Counted from the stretch's first letter, positions 28,092 to 37,937 are shown. The stretch is 64,000 bases of DNA from Gammaproteobacteria bacterium (GCA_030432755.1 JAUILZ010000001.1:203388-267387), one strand, 5' to 3'. Numbers and translations: made by a program. Notes: generated from the sequence alone by a model not told the origin.

Positions 28092-28664
28092 ATGCGCAGA
28101 GTGTACCCGCGAATCTCCGTAACCGCGCTCGTTATATTGATCTGGACGACGTGGTTGCCATCCGCCGCGATCGCCTCTCCCGCCGGGGTGATTCCCTATG
28201 CCTGCATTGACGACGAAGCGTACGTCCTGCTGGCCTTCGATCCGGCGCCTGGCCGCGTTGGATACGGTGCGTTCGGCGGCCGCGCCAATGCCGGCGAGAG
28301 CCTCGCCGAAACCGCCGCGCGGGAGATGCGCGAGGAGACGCGCTGTGCATTCGAAGGTCCGTCGGCGGCGGAACTCGCCGGACTAGCGCCCAGTATCAGC
28401 GACGGGTATGCAAGCTTTGTCGCCGAGGTGCGGTGGATACCGCCCGCGGAAATTCCTGCCAGTCCCTGCGAGGTAGCCATCGAACGCGCCGACTGGTTGT
28501 GGGTGAAGCTCCCGGATCTTGTCGCCGCGCTCGATACCGGCGATGCCAGGCCGCGTGCGTTGGCGGCGCTGGAATTTCGCTACATCAACCTCTGGGAAGG
28601 AGCGGCGGAGTCCTTGCGCGCGGCCCGTAGAGACGGGCTCCTCGGCGACGCGCTCTGTCGGTAG
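28092..28664 (+). CDS. Nudix hydrolase with N-terminal signal/anchor sequence
   Basis: Start at MRRVYPRISVTALVILIWTTWLPSAAIASPAG. Nudix box: GGRANAGESLAETAAREMREETRC. Confidence 0.7.
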   Translation: MRRVYPRISVTALVILIWTTWLPSAAIASPAGVIPYACIDDEAYVLLAFDPAPGRVGYGAFGGRANAGESLAETAAREMREETRCAFEGPSAAELAGLAPSISDGYASFVAEVRWIPPAEIPASPCEVAIERADWLWVKLPDLVAALDTGDARPRALAALEFRYINLWEGAAESLRAARRDGLLGDALCR

Positions 28665-28692
28665 ATTTCCTAGGCCCGGGTCGGCGGGGGAA

Positions 28693-30051
28693 TCAGGCCA
28701 CGAGGTCGATTGCCGCGTCGAATGCGCCCAGGGTGCGCTCCAGCGCAACTTCGTCGTGGGCCGACGAACACATCCCCCCCGGCCAGGGCGCCAGGTCGAC
28801 GCCGTTCGCCATCAGGGCGAGGCGGAGCAGGCGGACCTGTTCGGCGTCCTGCTGCAACAGGGTCTCCACTGGCAGCGCGAACGGGTCGAAGCAGCGCGGG
28901 TCCAGCGGCACGCCCGCGGCATTGAGGAACAGCTGGAACACCGAGGAGCGGCCGTGCGCGGCCCAGGGGACTCCACGGCGGGCGAAGAGGTCGTTGAGCC
29001 CGTCGCGCAACGTCGCCGCGTAAGCGGCGGCCGATTCGCAGGGACTGTCCCGGGCGATGATTTCCAGCGTAGCGCGTCCCGCCGCCGCGCTCACCGGATT
29101 GGCGTTGAACGTGCCCGGGTGGTAGACCTTCTGTTTGCCTTCCGGCTGTGCGAAGTCGAGGCCGGCCATCACGTCCTCGCGTCCGCAAACCGCGCCCCCG
29201 GGCAGGCCGCCGGCGACGATCTTGGCGAGAGCGGTGAGGTCCGGGATCACGCCCGTGGCGCCCTGAACCCCGCCCGGTGAGACACGAAATCCGGTGATGA
29301 CCTCGTCGAAGATCAGCAGAATGCCGTGGGCGTCGCAGCGATCGCGCAGGATGGCGAGGAAGGCGTCATCCATCGGCAGCCGCCCGGTACCGGCGCCCAG
29401 CGGTTCCACCAGCATGGCGGCGATCTCGCCAGCGTGTTCAGCAAGCAGGCGATCCAGAGAGTCGACATCACCCTGGTCGGCGAGCAGCAGGTTGTCGCCC
29501 AGGTTGCCGGGCACGCCCACGGGGGTGCCGTGGGCGAAGTGACTCAGGTACCCCGCGGCCATGTCGTCCAGCCAGCCGTGGAAGTGGCGCCGGAAACGCA
29601 GCAGGCGCTGCCGACCGGTGTAGGCGCGCGCGAGTCGCACAGCCATCTGCGTCGCCTCGGTGCCGGAGGCGGTAAAGCGGACCCGCTGCGCCGACGGCAC
29701 CATGTCGATGATGCATTCCGCCCAGGCGATTTCCGCGGCGTGACCGGCGGCGAAATGGGTACCGCGGTCGAGTGCGGCGTGGATTGCCCGGGTCACCTCC
29801 GGGTGCGCGTGGCCGAGTAGCAGGGCGCCGTGTCCACCAAAGTAGTCGACGTATTCATTGCCATCGACATCGACCTTGATTGCACCTGCGGCGCTCTGAA
29901 CGTAGAGCCCGTGCGGCTGGATGAAACGTGAGTCATGGGTGACGCCGGAGGGAAATACCTCGCGCGCGGATGCCTGCAGGGCAGCGGACCCCGGGGTGCG
30001 CTCGCGATAGGCGGTTTCGACTGGATGCATGGGTATGGGAAGGCTAGGCAA
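28693..30051 (-). CDS. class III (GSA-aminomutase-like) PLP aminotransferase
   Basis: 452 aa with DGNEYVDYFGGHGALLLGHAHP, LIFDEVITGFRVSPGG and the KIVAGGLPGGA lysine block. Confidence 0.85.
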   Translation of the reverse strand: MPSLPIPMHPVETAYRERTPGSAALQASAREVFPSGVTHDSRFIQPHGLYVQSAAGAIKVDVDGNEYVDYFGGHGALLLGHAHPEVTRAIHAALDRGTHFAAGHAAEIAWAECIIDMVPSAQRVRFTASGTEATQMAVRLARAYTGRQRLLRFRRHFHGWLDDMAAGYLSHFAHGTPVGVPGNLGDNLLLADQGDVDSLDRLLAEHAGEIAAMLVEPLGAGTGRLPMDDAFLAILRDRCDAHGILLIFDEVITGFRVSPGGVQGATGVIPDLTALAKIVAGGLPGGAVCGREDVMAGLDFAQPEGKQKVYHPGTFNANPVSAAAGRATLEIIARDSPCESAAAYAATLRDGLNDLFARRGVPWAAHGRSSVFQLFLNAAGVPLDPRCFDPFALPVETLLQQDAEQVRLLRLALMANGVDLAPWPGGMCSSAHDEVALERTLGAFDAAIDLVA

Positions 30052-30071
30052 GTGACGGGGCGAAGTTTAGT

Positions 30072-31070
30072 ATGCCGACTTCCCCATTCAAAACGGAGGC
30101 GATCCTGGAACGGCCCCTGACACTGGCGGCGGCGCAGCTCGGTCCCATCGCACGCGATGCAACCCGTGCTGCGGTGGTTGCGCGGCTTGTCGCCCTGCTC
30201 GAGCAGGCCGCGGCGCGTGGCTGCCGCCTGGTGGTTTTTCCGGAAATGGCGCTCACCACCTTTTTCCCGCGCTGGCATATCGATGACGAAGACGAGGTGA
30301 CGGCGTTCTTCGAGACCGACATGCCCAATGCCGCGGTGGCGCCGCTGTTCGACAGTGCCGCCCGCCTGGGTATCGGTTTCTACCTCGGTTACTGCGAGCA
30401 GGTGGGCAGCGGCGAGGGCAGACGTCGCTACAATACCGCGATCCTGGTGGACGCTGCCGGCAACATCGCCGGCAAGTACCGCAAGGTCCACGTCCCCGGA
30501 AACCCGGTCTACGACCCTGCGCTGAAGCTGCAGCACCTCGAGCCCTGGTACTTCGCCGACGGCGATCTCGGCTTCCCGGTATTCGACTGCCTCGGCGCGC
30601 GCATCGGCCTCCTGATCTGTAACGACCGCCGCTGGCCTGAGCCGTGGCGGGTGCTGGCGCTGCAGGGCGCGGAACTCGTCCTCCTGGGTTACAACTCGCC
30701 CGCGCAGCTGCCGGACAATCCGCGCCAGAACGCGCTCCGCACCGAGCATCACCAGTTACCGATGCGCGCCGCGGCCTACCAGAACGGCCTATGGGTGGTG
30801 GCAACCGCCAAGGCGGGGCACGAGGAAGGCTGCGACATGATGGGCGGGTCCTGCGTCATCGCGCCGTCGGGCGAGGTGGTGGCGATCAGTTCCACCCTGG
30901 GAGATGAACTTCTGGTCTATACCGCCGATCTCGCACTGACGGTGGAGTACAAGAAGTTTTTCGACTTCGCGCAGTACCGCCGTCCCGTGGCCTACCGGCT
31001 CATCAGCGAGCGCCAGGGCGTGGGCGAACCCCTGGACAGGGCGGCATGGCAAAAGAGCCTCGAAACATGA
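30072..31070 (+). CDS. carbon-nitrogen hydrolase, N-carbamoyl-D-amino-acid hydrolase-like
   Basis: 332 aa with the catalytic E/K/C contexts VVFPEMALTTFFPRW, YRKVHVPG and GLLICNDRRWPE. Confidence 0.8.
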   Translation: MPTSPFKTEAILERPLTLAAAQLGPIARDATRAAVVARLVALLEQAAARGCRLVVFPEMALTTFFPRWHIDDEDEVTAFFETDMPNAAVAPLFDSAARLGIGFYLGYCEQVGSGEGRRRYNTAILVDAAGNIAGKYRKVHVPGNPVYDPALKLQHLEPWYFADGDLGFPVFDCLGARIGLLICNDRRWPEPWRVLALQGAELVLLGYNSPAQLPDNPRQNALRTEHHQLPMRAAAYQNGLWVVATAKAGHEEGCDMMGGSCVIAPSGEVVAISSTLGDELLVYTADLALTVEYKKFFDFAQYRRPVAYRLISERQGVGEPLDRAAWQKSLET

Positions 31071-31489
31071 CCCCGGTGTTCGTGTTCGGAACGCTCAAGG
31101 CGGGCTTCCCCAACCATCATCACAACGACGGCAGGTTGCTGGGGCGATTCGTCACGCGCGAGCGCTTTCCGCTCTACCTGGCGGGTGAACGCTGCTCCCC
31201 CTGGCTGCTGGACATGCCGGGAACGGGCGAACGGGTTGCCGGCGAGGTCTACCTGGTGGACGATCCGGCACTTGCGCGCATGGACCGGCTGGAACGTACG
31301 CATGCACCGGACGGTTATCGCAGGCGCGAGATCATGGTGGAAGGCACGGAGGACGAAGTCCTCGAAGTACAGGTTTATCTCAAGCCTCCCGCCCAGTTCG
31401 ACCCGGCGTTGTTTCGTGGCGGGCCATACGCCGAATACACCGCGGAACATGCTGCACTGTACCGGCAACGCGCGGGGGTGGAGCCATGA
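31067..31489 (+). CDS. gamma-glutamylcyclotransferase (GGACT/AIG2-like) family protein
   Basis: ATGA overlap with the preceding stop. N-terminus MTPVFVFGTLKAGFPNHH. The track ORF starts 21 nt earlier. Confidence 0.75.
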   Translation: MTPVFVFGTLKAGFPNHHHNDGRLLGRFVTRERFPLYLAGERCSPWLLDMPGTGERVAGEVYLVDDPALARMDRLERTHAPDGYRRREIMVEGTEDEVLEVQVYLKPPAQFDPALFRGGPYAEYTAEHAALYRQRAGVEP

Positions 31490-31905
31490 ACATCCGCGAG
31501 TTCCGCGACGGCGACACGAAAGCGGTGATCTCCCTCTGGCAGCGTTGCGGCCTCACGCGACCATGGAACGACCCATGGAAAGACGTAACGCGCAAGCTGT
31601 CTGCCGGCGATGGCTGGTTCCTGGTGGGAGAGGCCGATGACGAAGTCATCGCCTCCGTCATGGTGGGCTACGATGGGCATCGTGGGTCCATTTTCTATCT
31701 CGCCGTGGCGCCCGGCCATCGCGGCCGGGGATATGGCGCCGCGTTGATGCGGGACGCTGAAGAGCGGTTGCGGGCGGTCGGCTGCCCGAAACTCAACCTG
31801 CTGGTGCGGACCGACAACCACGAGGTGCTGGCTTTCTACGACGCGCTCGGCTACGCGGTCGATCCCGTGACCAGCCTGGGCAAGCGCCTGATCGCCGACG
31901 ACTGA
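31486..31905 (+). CDS. ypeA: GNAT N-acetyltransferase, YpeA-like
   Basis: ATGA overlap. 139 aa closely parallel to E. coli YpeA: LWQRCGLTRPWNDP, GYDGHRGSIFYLAVAPGHRGRGYG, SLGKRLI. Confidence 0.8.
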   Translation: MNIREFRDGDTKAVISLWQRCGLTRPWNDPWKDVTRKLSAGDGWFLVGEADDEVIASVMVGYDGHRGSIFYLAVAPGHRGRGYGAALMRDAEERLRAVGCPKLNLLVRTDNHEVLAFYDALGYAVDPVTSLGKRLIADD

Positions 31906-32040
31906 GAGAATGCGGTACTCGCCAGGCACCTGCGGCACCCGGTTGTCCCGTTCAGCTCCCAACGTGGCGCCCGGCGGGACCACGGCAAGAGCCTGACCCG
32001 ATTTGTCATCTGGGTGTAACCGCGACGACGACGCTACGCA

Positions 32041-33282
32041 ATGCAGCAGGATTTCTGGACCCAACTGACAACGGGGATCGGTTCCGACAGCGGGGTATTG
32101 ATGGCCGCGCTCGGCGTGATCCTGGTGAGCGGCCCGTCCATCAAGAGATTCTGCCACTGGCTCGGGATACCGTCGTCCGTCGGTTTTATCGTCCTCGGAC
32201 TGCTACTCGGCGCGCTTCTCGATTCTCCGGAGGGCGCGAAGGATTCTATCGCCGGTGCAGCATTTTCCGTGCTCGCCCAGCTCGGCGTGATTGCGCTCCT
32301 CTTTCGCGTGGGTCTGAAGAGCCATACCAGCGCACTGATCCGGAAACTGCCGGACGCGAGCCTGGTCTGGATCGGCAACGTGCTGGGCTCCACGGCCACG
32401 GGCTATCTCGTCTCCCGCTACGTGTTCGACTGGTCGCTCGAGACCAGTCTCGTCATCGGCACGGCGTTCAGCGCGACGAGCATCGCCGTGTCCATGGCGG
32501 TATGGGACGAACTCGGGCTCGCGGATTCGGACGAGGGGGCACTGCTGCTGGATGTCGCCGAGTTGGACGATCTCTCGGCCGCCGTCATCCTCGCAGTGCT
32601 CCTGGGCACGTTGCCCGCGCTTCTCAACGGCAGCGACGGAATCTGGCTCGCGGCAGGATCGGCGTCGGTCGTTGTCCTCGTCAAGCTTGCTGCATTTGTC
32701 GCCGGCTGTTACCTGTTTGCCCACTACCTCGAGGAGCGTTTCACCGCCTTCAACCGGCGGATGAGCGATACGCCGGCCTCACTGACGATATCCATCCTGG
32801 GCGCGGGACTGGTGATCGCGGCGCTGGCCGAATCCCTGGGTTTTTCGGTGGCGATAGGCGCCCTGTTCGCCGGGCTCGCCTTCAGCCGGGACCAGGACGC
32901 GGTTCGCACGGACGGCGGCTTCACTTATCTTCACGAGCTGCTCGCACCGTTCTTCTTCATCCACATCGGCATGCAGACCGACGTTGCCGCGCTGGCGGGG
33001 GCGGTGGATACCGGCCTGTTGCTATTGCTGGCCGCTGCCGCGTCCAAACTCATTTTTACCTTCCTGCCCGCGATCCTGTCGATGGGCTCCAGGGAGGCAA
33101 TGGCTCTCGGTGTGAGCATGATCCCGCGCGCGGAGATCGCGCTGGTGGTCGTCTACGAGTGCAGGCTGATCGACCCGGAGATCGTCCCGCCGACGGTGTT
33201 TTCCGGCATGGTACTGGTTTCCCTGGGAACGAGCATGCTGTCGCCCATCCTCCTGCGGCGCTTGCTGGACCGGGAGAGTTGA
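32041..33282 (+). CDS. cation:proton antiporter (CPA/Kef-type Na+/H+ exchanger family)
   Basis: 413 aa polytopic protein with LLFRVGLKSH, ATSIAVS and LDDLSAAVILAV motifs. Confidence 0.8.
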   Translation: MQQDFWTQLTTGIGSDSGVLMAALGVILVSGPSIKRFCHWLGIPSSVGFIVLGLLLGALLDSPEGAKDSIAGAAFSVLAQLGVIALLFRVGLKSHTSALIRKLPDASLVWIGNVLGSTATGYLVSRYVFDWSLETSLVIGTAFSATSIAVSMAVWDELGLADSDEGALLLDVAELDDLSAAVILAVLLGTLPALLNGSDGIWLAAGSASVVVLVKLAAFVAGCYLFAHYLEERFTAFNRRMSDTPASLTISILGAGLVIAALAESLGFSVAIGALFAGLAFSRDQDAVRTDGGFTYLHELLAPFFFIHIGMQTDVAALAGAVDTGLLLLLAAAASKLIFTFLPAILSMGSREAMALGVSMIPRAEIALVVVYECRLIDPEIVPPTVFSGMVLVSLGTSMLSPILLRRLLDRES

Positions 33283-33309
33283 CCGCCAGGGCGGCGGGGC
33301 CACGGCCGA

Positions 33310-33912
33310 TCACGCCTGTTGCCTTTCCGGCGCCCCGGATCGATGCCGGTAATCCATGTACAGCGTCCCCAGGATCGCACCGAGCAGGTTGGCCACGAGA
33401 TCGAGCGCGGTGTTGGTGTAACCGCCGACGCCGGTGGTGCCGGTCACGATGACAGCGGCGAATTCGATGACCTCGTTGAGCGCGCCGATGCTCGAGGCGG
33501 CGAGAATCGTCACCACGCAGACCGTCGCCGGGTTGGCATCCGCGCGGGATATTTTCCGCACTACGCTCCACATCAGGATCGCCATCACCACGTAGCAGAA
33601 CACGTGCACGAACTGGTCGTAGCGAAGGATGTCGTAGGGTTCGCCGACCAGGTCGACCAGGACAATATCGTAGAAGCGTGTTCCTTTCCAGGAAGCCAGG
33701 CCCCCGAGGCTGTGCAGGATCAACCAGACGTTGAACAGCCACAGCCCGATCGCCTCGAAGCCGAAGTAGCGGTCGGTGCGGTAGAGAATCGTCACCAGCA
33801 CCGTAGCCGTAATCGCGTACAGCAGGAACTCGTAGTTCCGCAGAAAGAGCGTCAGCAGTACCAGGAGCCCCGCGAGGCAGAAACCGAGCAGGTAGGGAAG
33901 CTTGGGCCGCAT
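33310..33912 (-). CDS. integral membrane protein (possibly DUF2238/YjdF-like)
   Basis: 200 aa with 5-6 hydrophobic segments. The opposite-strand ORF has junk composition. The family guess is weak. Confidence 0.6.
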   Translation of the reverse strand: MRPKLPYLLGFCLAGLLVLLTLFLRNYEFLLYAITATVLVTILYRTDRYFGFEAIGLWLFNVWLILHSLGGLASWKGTRFYDIVLVDLVGEPYDILRYDQFVHVFCYVVMAILMWSVVRKISRADANPATVCVVTILAASSIGALNEVIEFAAVIVTGTTGVGGYTNTALDLVANLLGAILGTLYMDYRHRSGAPERQQA

Positions 33913-34042
33913 GGTGATCAGGTCAATGGCGAGATGGGTGGCTGATGTGCATCTTGCCCCGCCGGCTGGCGCGTTTCGATCACGCGCATTCCGGGGAATG
34001 AATTCGGCAACCAGCAGAGAGCGTGTAACAGCAGCCGGAAAG

Positions 34043-34132
<90 letters not shown>

Positions 34133-34180
34133 GAAGTATCCGGCTGGCCTGGCAAACTCGCACGCCAGGTCAGAGAATTT

Positions 34181-35563
34181 CTACCGGCTTTCCCGCGCCA
34201 CCTTGGCGGCGATGCGGTATTGGCGCGGGTCGATCTTGTGGCGGTGCAGCAGCTTGTAGAACTCGGTGCGGTTGCGCCCGGCCTGGCGCGCAGCGTGGGT
34301 GACGTTCCCCGCCGTGATCTGCAGCAGGCGCACGAGGTAGTCGCGCTCGAACCGGCTCTGGGCGCGGGCGAGGGGTTCGCTCGGTTCGCTGTCGCCCTTG
34401 ATCGCCTTCAGTACCAGTGACTCGGGAATGACAGGCGTGGTGCTGAGCACCGCCACCTGTTCCACCACGTTCATCAGCTGGCGCACGTTGCCCGGCCAGC
34501 GCGCCATGGTGAGCAGCGCCAGCGCCTGGGGCGAGAACGAGCGCGCCACCAGGTGGCCGTCGCGTTTGCGGATCTCGGAGAGAAAATGCACCGCCAGCAG
34601 CGAGATGTCCTCCTTGCGTTCCGCGAGCGAGGGCAGTTCCAGGGTGATGACGTTGAGACGGTAGTAGAGATCCTCGCGGAAAGTTCCCGCCTTCACCGCC
34701 TGCTCGAGGTCGTGGTGAGTGGCGGAAATGATGCGCACGTCCACTGGCGTGTGGTGATTGCCGCCCACCTGGCGCACCTGCTTGTCCTGCAGGAAGCGCA
34801 GCATCTTGGCCTGGATCTCGAGCGGCATGTCGCCGATCTCGTCGAGGAACAGCGTGCCCTGGTTCGCTTCCACAACCAGCCCGGCGCGCTGGCGGTCGGC
34901 GCCGGTGAACGAGCCCCTGGCGTGACCGAACAGTTCGGATTCAAACAGCGACTCGGGAATGGCAGTACAGTTGATCGGCACGAATGGCTTGCCCGCGCGC
35001 GGGCTTAAGTCGTGGATCGCGCGCGCCAGCAATTCCTTGCCGGTGCCGCTGGGGCTTTGTATCAGCACGCTGGCATCGCTCGGCGCCACCCGCCGCGCCT
35101 CCTGCAGCAGGGTCTCGAGCTTGGGACTGCAACCGATGATGCGCTTGCGCCAGGTATCGTTGGCCTGGTCGGTGCTTTCCGCGTCCCGCACCGGCGTGCC
35201 CACTTCCAGCGCAAGCCGGATCTCCTTGAGCAGCTGCTGGCTGTCGAAGGGCTTTGTGAGATAGGAGAACACACCTTCGCGGGTGGCGCTGACCGCGTCC
35301 GGAATGGTGCCGTGGGCCGTCAGGATGATGATCGGCAGCGTCGGATAGCGCGCATGCACCTCGCGGAACAGCTGCATGCCATCCATTCCCGGCATGCGCA
35401 GGTCGGTGACGATCACGTCGGGCTGGAACGCCGGCAGCGTGGACAGCGCGCGTTCCGCCGAGTCGGCGGTGGCCGGCGTGAAACCGTTGGCCTTGAGTCG
35501 GATGCTGAGCAGGCGCAGCAGGCTGGGATCGTCGTCAACTACCAGTATTCGAGGGTTGTGCAT
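34181..35563 (-). CDS. glrR: sigma-54-dependent response regulator, GlrR/QseF-type
   Basis: 460 aa with receiver (ILVVDDDPSLLRLL, DLRMPGMDGMQLF), AAA+ sigma-54 activator (GTGKELLARAIH, ESELFGHARGSFTGA) and a Fis-type HTH. Near-colinear with E. coli GlrR. Confidence 0.85.
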   Translation of the reverse strand: MHNPRILVVDDDPSLLRLLSIRLKANGFTPATADSAERALSTLPAFQPDVIVTDLRMPGMDGMQLFREVHARYPTLPIIILTAHGTIPDAVSATREGVFSYLTKPFDSQQLLKEIRLALEVGTPVRDAESTDQANDTWRKRIIGCSPKLETLLQEARRVAPSDASVLIQSPSGTGKELLARAIHDLSPRAGKPFVPINCTAIPESLFESELFGHARGSFTGADRQRAGLVVEANQGTLFLDEIGDMPLEIQAKMLRFLQDKQVRQVGGNHHTPVDVRIISATHHDLEQAVKAGTFREDLYYRLNVITLELPSLAERKEDISLLAVHFLSEIRKRDGHLVARSFSPQALALLTMARWPGNVRQLMNVVEQVAVLSTTPVIPESLVLKAIKGDSEPSEPLARAQSRFERDYLVRLLQITAGNVTHAARQAGRNRTEFYKLLHRHKIDPRQYRIAAKVARESR

Positions 35564-36167
35564 CTTCTATGCCCGTGGTGGCTGGTGTGGAAAGGGATTG
35601 CTCGGTGGCATTGATGTCGGCCTCGAGCTTCTTGAGTTCTTCCAGTTTGTGTTCGAGCGCGGAGATCTCGTCGGCGCGCGATGTGGCCTGCGACTGCACC
35701 TCCAGCAGCGCCTCTTCCTGGCGGCGGATCTTCTGCCGCTGGTTGTGCACCTGGACATGCAGTTCCTTGCGTTCGCGTGACTGGTACAGCAGCAGGTCCA
35801 CCAGGCGGCGCTCGTCCGCCTGCAGCTGGTCGGATTCACGGTAGTTTTCAAGGATCTCGATGGCGAGGTTGTCGTCGCTGATCGAGACTCCGGCCTGTCC
35901 CAGAAGGAGTCCGGTCTTGAGCTGGTCGCAGGAAAAGCCGTTCTGGTCATAGCTGCCGAGTTCGTTGCGCAGTGCCTCCATGGCGCTCGAATCAAGACGC
36001 GTAACGTTTTCGACGAAGACGTCCAGCGGACCGCAGGCGCGCAGTGGGGCGGTGGTGATCGTGTGCGAGACCTTGGGCGGCGTTTGCGGCGCCGGGGTGA
36101 CGCAGCTCGTGGCGAGGACGCCGAAGGTCAGCGACACTGCCAGGGTGGAAATTCGTCTAGTGTGCAT
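35535..36167 (-). CDS. QseG/GlrL (YfhG)-like lipoprotein
   Basis: Start at MHTRRISTLAVSLTFGVLATSC (lipobox LATSC), overlapping the kinase stop by 11 nt and the regulator start by 29 nt. The C-terminal Q/E/R-rich coiled coil ends LEADINATEQSLSTP (compare E. coli LTDIERQLSTRKP). The track ORF is over-extended. Confidence 0.75.
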   Translation of the reverse strand: MHTRRISTLAVSLTFGVLATSCVTPAPQTPPKVSHTITTAPLRACGPLDVFVENVTRLDSSAMEALRNELGSYDQNGFSCDQLKTGLLLGQAGVSISDDNLAIEILENYRESDQLQADERRLVDLLLYQSRERKELHVQVHNQRQKIRRQEEALLEVQSQATSRADEISALEHKLEELKKLEADINATEQSLSTPATTGIEDAQPSNTGS

Positions 36168-37635
36168 CGGCTGTTTTCTCCGCGAAGGGCTGGTTGGCGG
36201 GCAGCAGCACGCTGACGATGGCTCCGATGCCGCCGTTGGATATCTCGATCCGCCCGCCATGCAGATCGGCGTAGCGGCGTGCGATGGAAAGACCGAGCCC
36301 GGTACCCTTGATATGGCTGTCTGGCCGGACCCTGCCCTGGAAGAACGGCTTGAACACGTCTTCCTTTTCCCCTTCGTCGAATCCCGGGCCGCTGTCGCTG
36401 ACCCGGAGGTTGATGCCATCGTCGTCCACCGTGGTGGTAATGCGAATCGTGCCGCCCCGGGGCGAGTACTTGATCGCATTGGTGAGAATGTTCTCGAACA
36501 GCGTTTCGAGCTGCGCCTGGTTGCCGACGATGCGCGCCGGCGGGGTCTCGTGCTCCACCGTGATCTGGCGGCTCTTCAGGATCAGGTGCAATTTCTCGAT
36601 AAGCTTCTCGATCACCAGCTTGATGTTCACCGGCACCCGCGGATAGGGCTCGTCCATGGTGAGCGCGAGATTGAAATCGAGCAGTGACTCGAGCTGGTTC
36701 TGCAGCAGCCTGGTGTTCTGGTTGATGATGTCGAGAATTTCCTGCTGCTCCGGGTTGAGCGTGCCGGTGACGCCTTCCTGCATCAGTTCGCTGCCTTCGC
36801 GGATCGCGGTCAGCGGGGTTTTCAGCTCGTGGGACACGTTCTGCAGGAAGGTGATCTTCTGCTGTTCGATCTGTGACAGGCGATCGGAAAGCCACGCAAG
36901 CTGTTCCCCCAGGGCGGCGATGTTGCGCGGCCCGCCGACGTGGGTGTCCTCGGGAAACTCGCCCTCGCCGAGGCGACGGATCAGCGAGATCACCTTCTTC
37001 AGCGGCCGGTTGATCACGCTGCTGCTGAGCAGCGCGAGAATGATGGCGGTGGGAATGATGATGACCAGCAGGAGCAGCAGCGATTCCCGTGATCGGCTGG
37101 TTTCTTCCGCCATGCGGGTGCGCGAGCGAGAGACGAATTCCCCGGCCTGAACCGGGATGGCCTCGAGCAGCCCTGAGAACTGGTTCAGGGATTCGGGACG
37201 CGGAGGCACCGGGAGGGGCTGCACGCCCGCGCCCAGGGCGCGGTGGCTGTTGATCTCTTCGAGTTCGGACTGGAGCGTTTGTTCCAGTTCCTCCAGCCGC
37301 TCAAGGCTCGCAAGCATCTGCTCGTCCACGGGCAGTTCGAGCAGCGTTCCCAGTGACTGGTCCAGCAGCTGGCTCTGCTCGCGGTAGCGGACGAGAAGAT
37401 CCGGATCCTGCAATATCAGGAACTGTTCCGCGCTGCGCTTGAGGCTGAGGGCCTGGGTGGTGACGAGGCGGCTGTTCTCCATCACCGACGCCGACTGGGC
37501 GAGAATGGTCTGCATCCGGTTCGAAAGGCGATCCATCTGGAATAGCAATGCCCCGAGGCCCGCCATGAGTGGCAGCGCCACCAGGAGGAAGCTGACCAGC
37601 ATGAGCCGGTACACGGTCTTCGCTTGTAACAGCAT
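36157..37635 (-). CDS. glrK: sensor histidine kinase, GlrK/QseE-type
   Basis: Two TM segments, HAMP, H-box FLQNVSHELKTPLTAIREGSEL and an ATPase domain (GTGLGLSIAR). RLGEGEF...AWLSDRLSQIEQQK parallels E. coli GlrK. ATG at 37635 is preferred; an alternative GTG lies at 37689. Confidence 0.85.
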   Translation of the reverse strand: MLLQAKTVYRLMLVSFLLVALPLMAGLGALLFQMDRLSNRMQTILAQSASVMENSRLVTTQALSLKRSAEQFLILQDPDLLVRYREQSQLLDQSLGTLLELPVDEQMLASLERLEELEQTLQSELEEINSHRALGAGVQPLPVPPRPESLNQFSGLLEAIPVQAGEFVSRSRTRMAEETSRSRESLLLLLVIIIPTAIILALLSSSVINRPLKKVISLIRRLGEGEFPEDTHVGGPRNIAALGEQLAWLSDRLSQIEQQKITFLQNVSHELKTPLTAIREGSELMQEGVTGTLNPEQQEILDIINQNTRLLQNQLESLLDFNLALTMDEPYPRVPVNIKLVIEKLIEKLHLILKSRQITVEHETPPARIVGNQAQLETLFENILTNAIKYSPRGGTIRITTTVDDDGINLRVSDSGPGFDEGEKEDVFKPFFQGRVRPDSHIKGTGLGLSIARRYADLHGGRIEISNGGIGAIVSVLLPANQPFAEKTADAH

Positions 37636-37698
37636 CGGCGGGCGCCCGCGGGGACGGTAGATCGGCGATTTTGCCAGCTCATGGCCCACCGGACAAAA

Positions 37699-37716
37699 TG
37701 TCGCCTTCTGGCGACA
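37699..37716. promoter_or_regulatory. GlrR-type upstream activating site TGTC-N10-GACA
   Basis: TGTCGCCTTCTGGCGACA is a perfect match to the palindromic GlrR consensus, about 160 bp upstream of the sigma-54 promoter at 37860. Confidence 0.65.
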
Positions 37717-37766
37717 TCATTTTTACCATAAGAAACAATCAGATAGCAAACAGCGAGCACTCCTGG

Positions 37767-37784
37767 TGTCGCCTCTTACATGCA
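37767..37784. promoter_or_regulatory. second, imperfect GlrR-like site TGTC-N10-TGCA
   Basis: TGTCGCCTCTTACATGCA. Its left half, TGTCGCCT, is identical to the first site. Confidence 0.4.
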
Positions 37785-37859
37785 GTTATGCGGAGCGGTA
37801 AATGGATCTCACTTTAACTGCAGGCTCTAACTGATTGAATGTGAGAGAGCAAATTCCGC

Positions 37860-37875
37860 TGGCATGGAAGCTGCT
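37860..37875 (+). promoter_or_regulatory. sigma-54 promoter (-24/-12)
   Basis: TGGCATGGAAGCTGCT, with GG and GC separated by exactly 10 nt. The predicted start near 37886 gives a 52-nt leader to the EF-hand ORF. Confidence 0.7.
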
Positions 37876-37937
37876 ACTACCCCTGCAGGAACGGCCGAAG
37901 GGGCAGTTCCACTCAATCTCTCCCAGGAGAAGTAACA

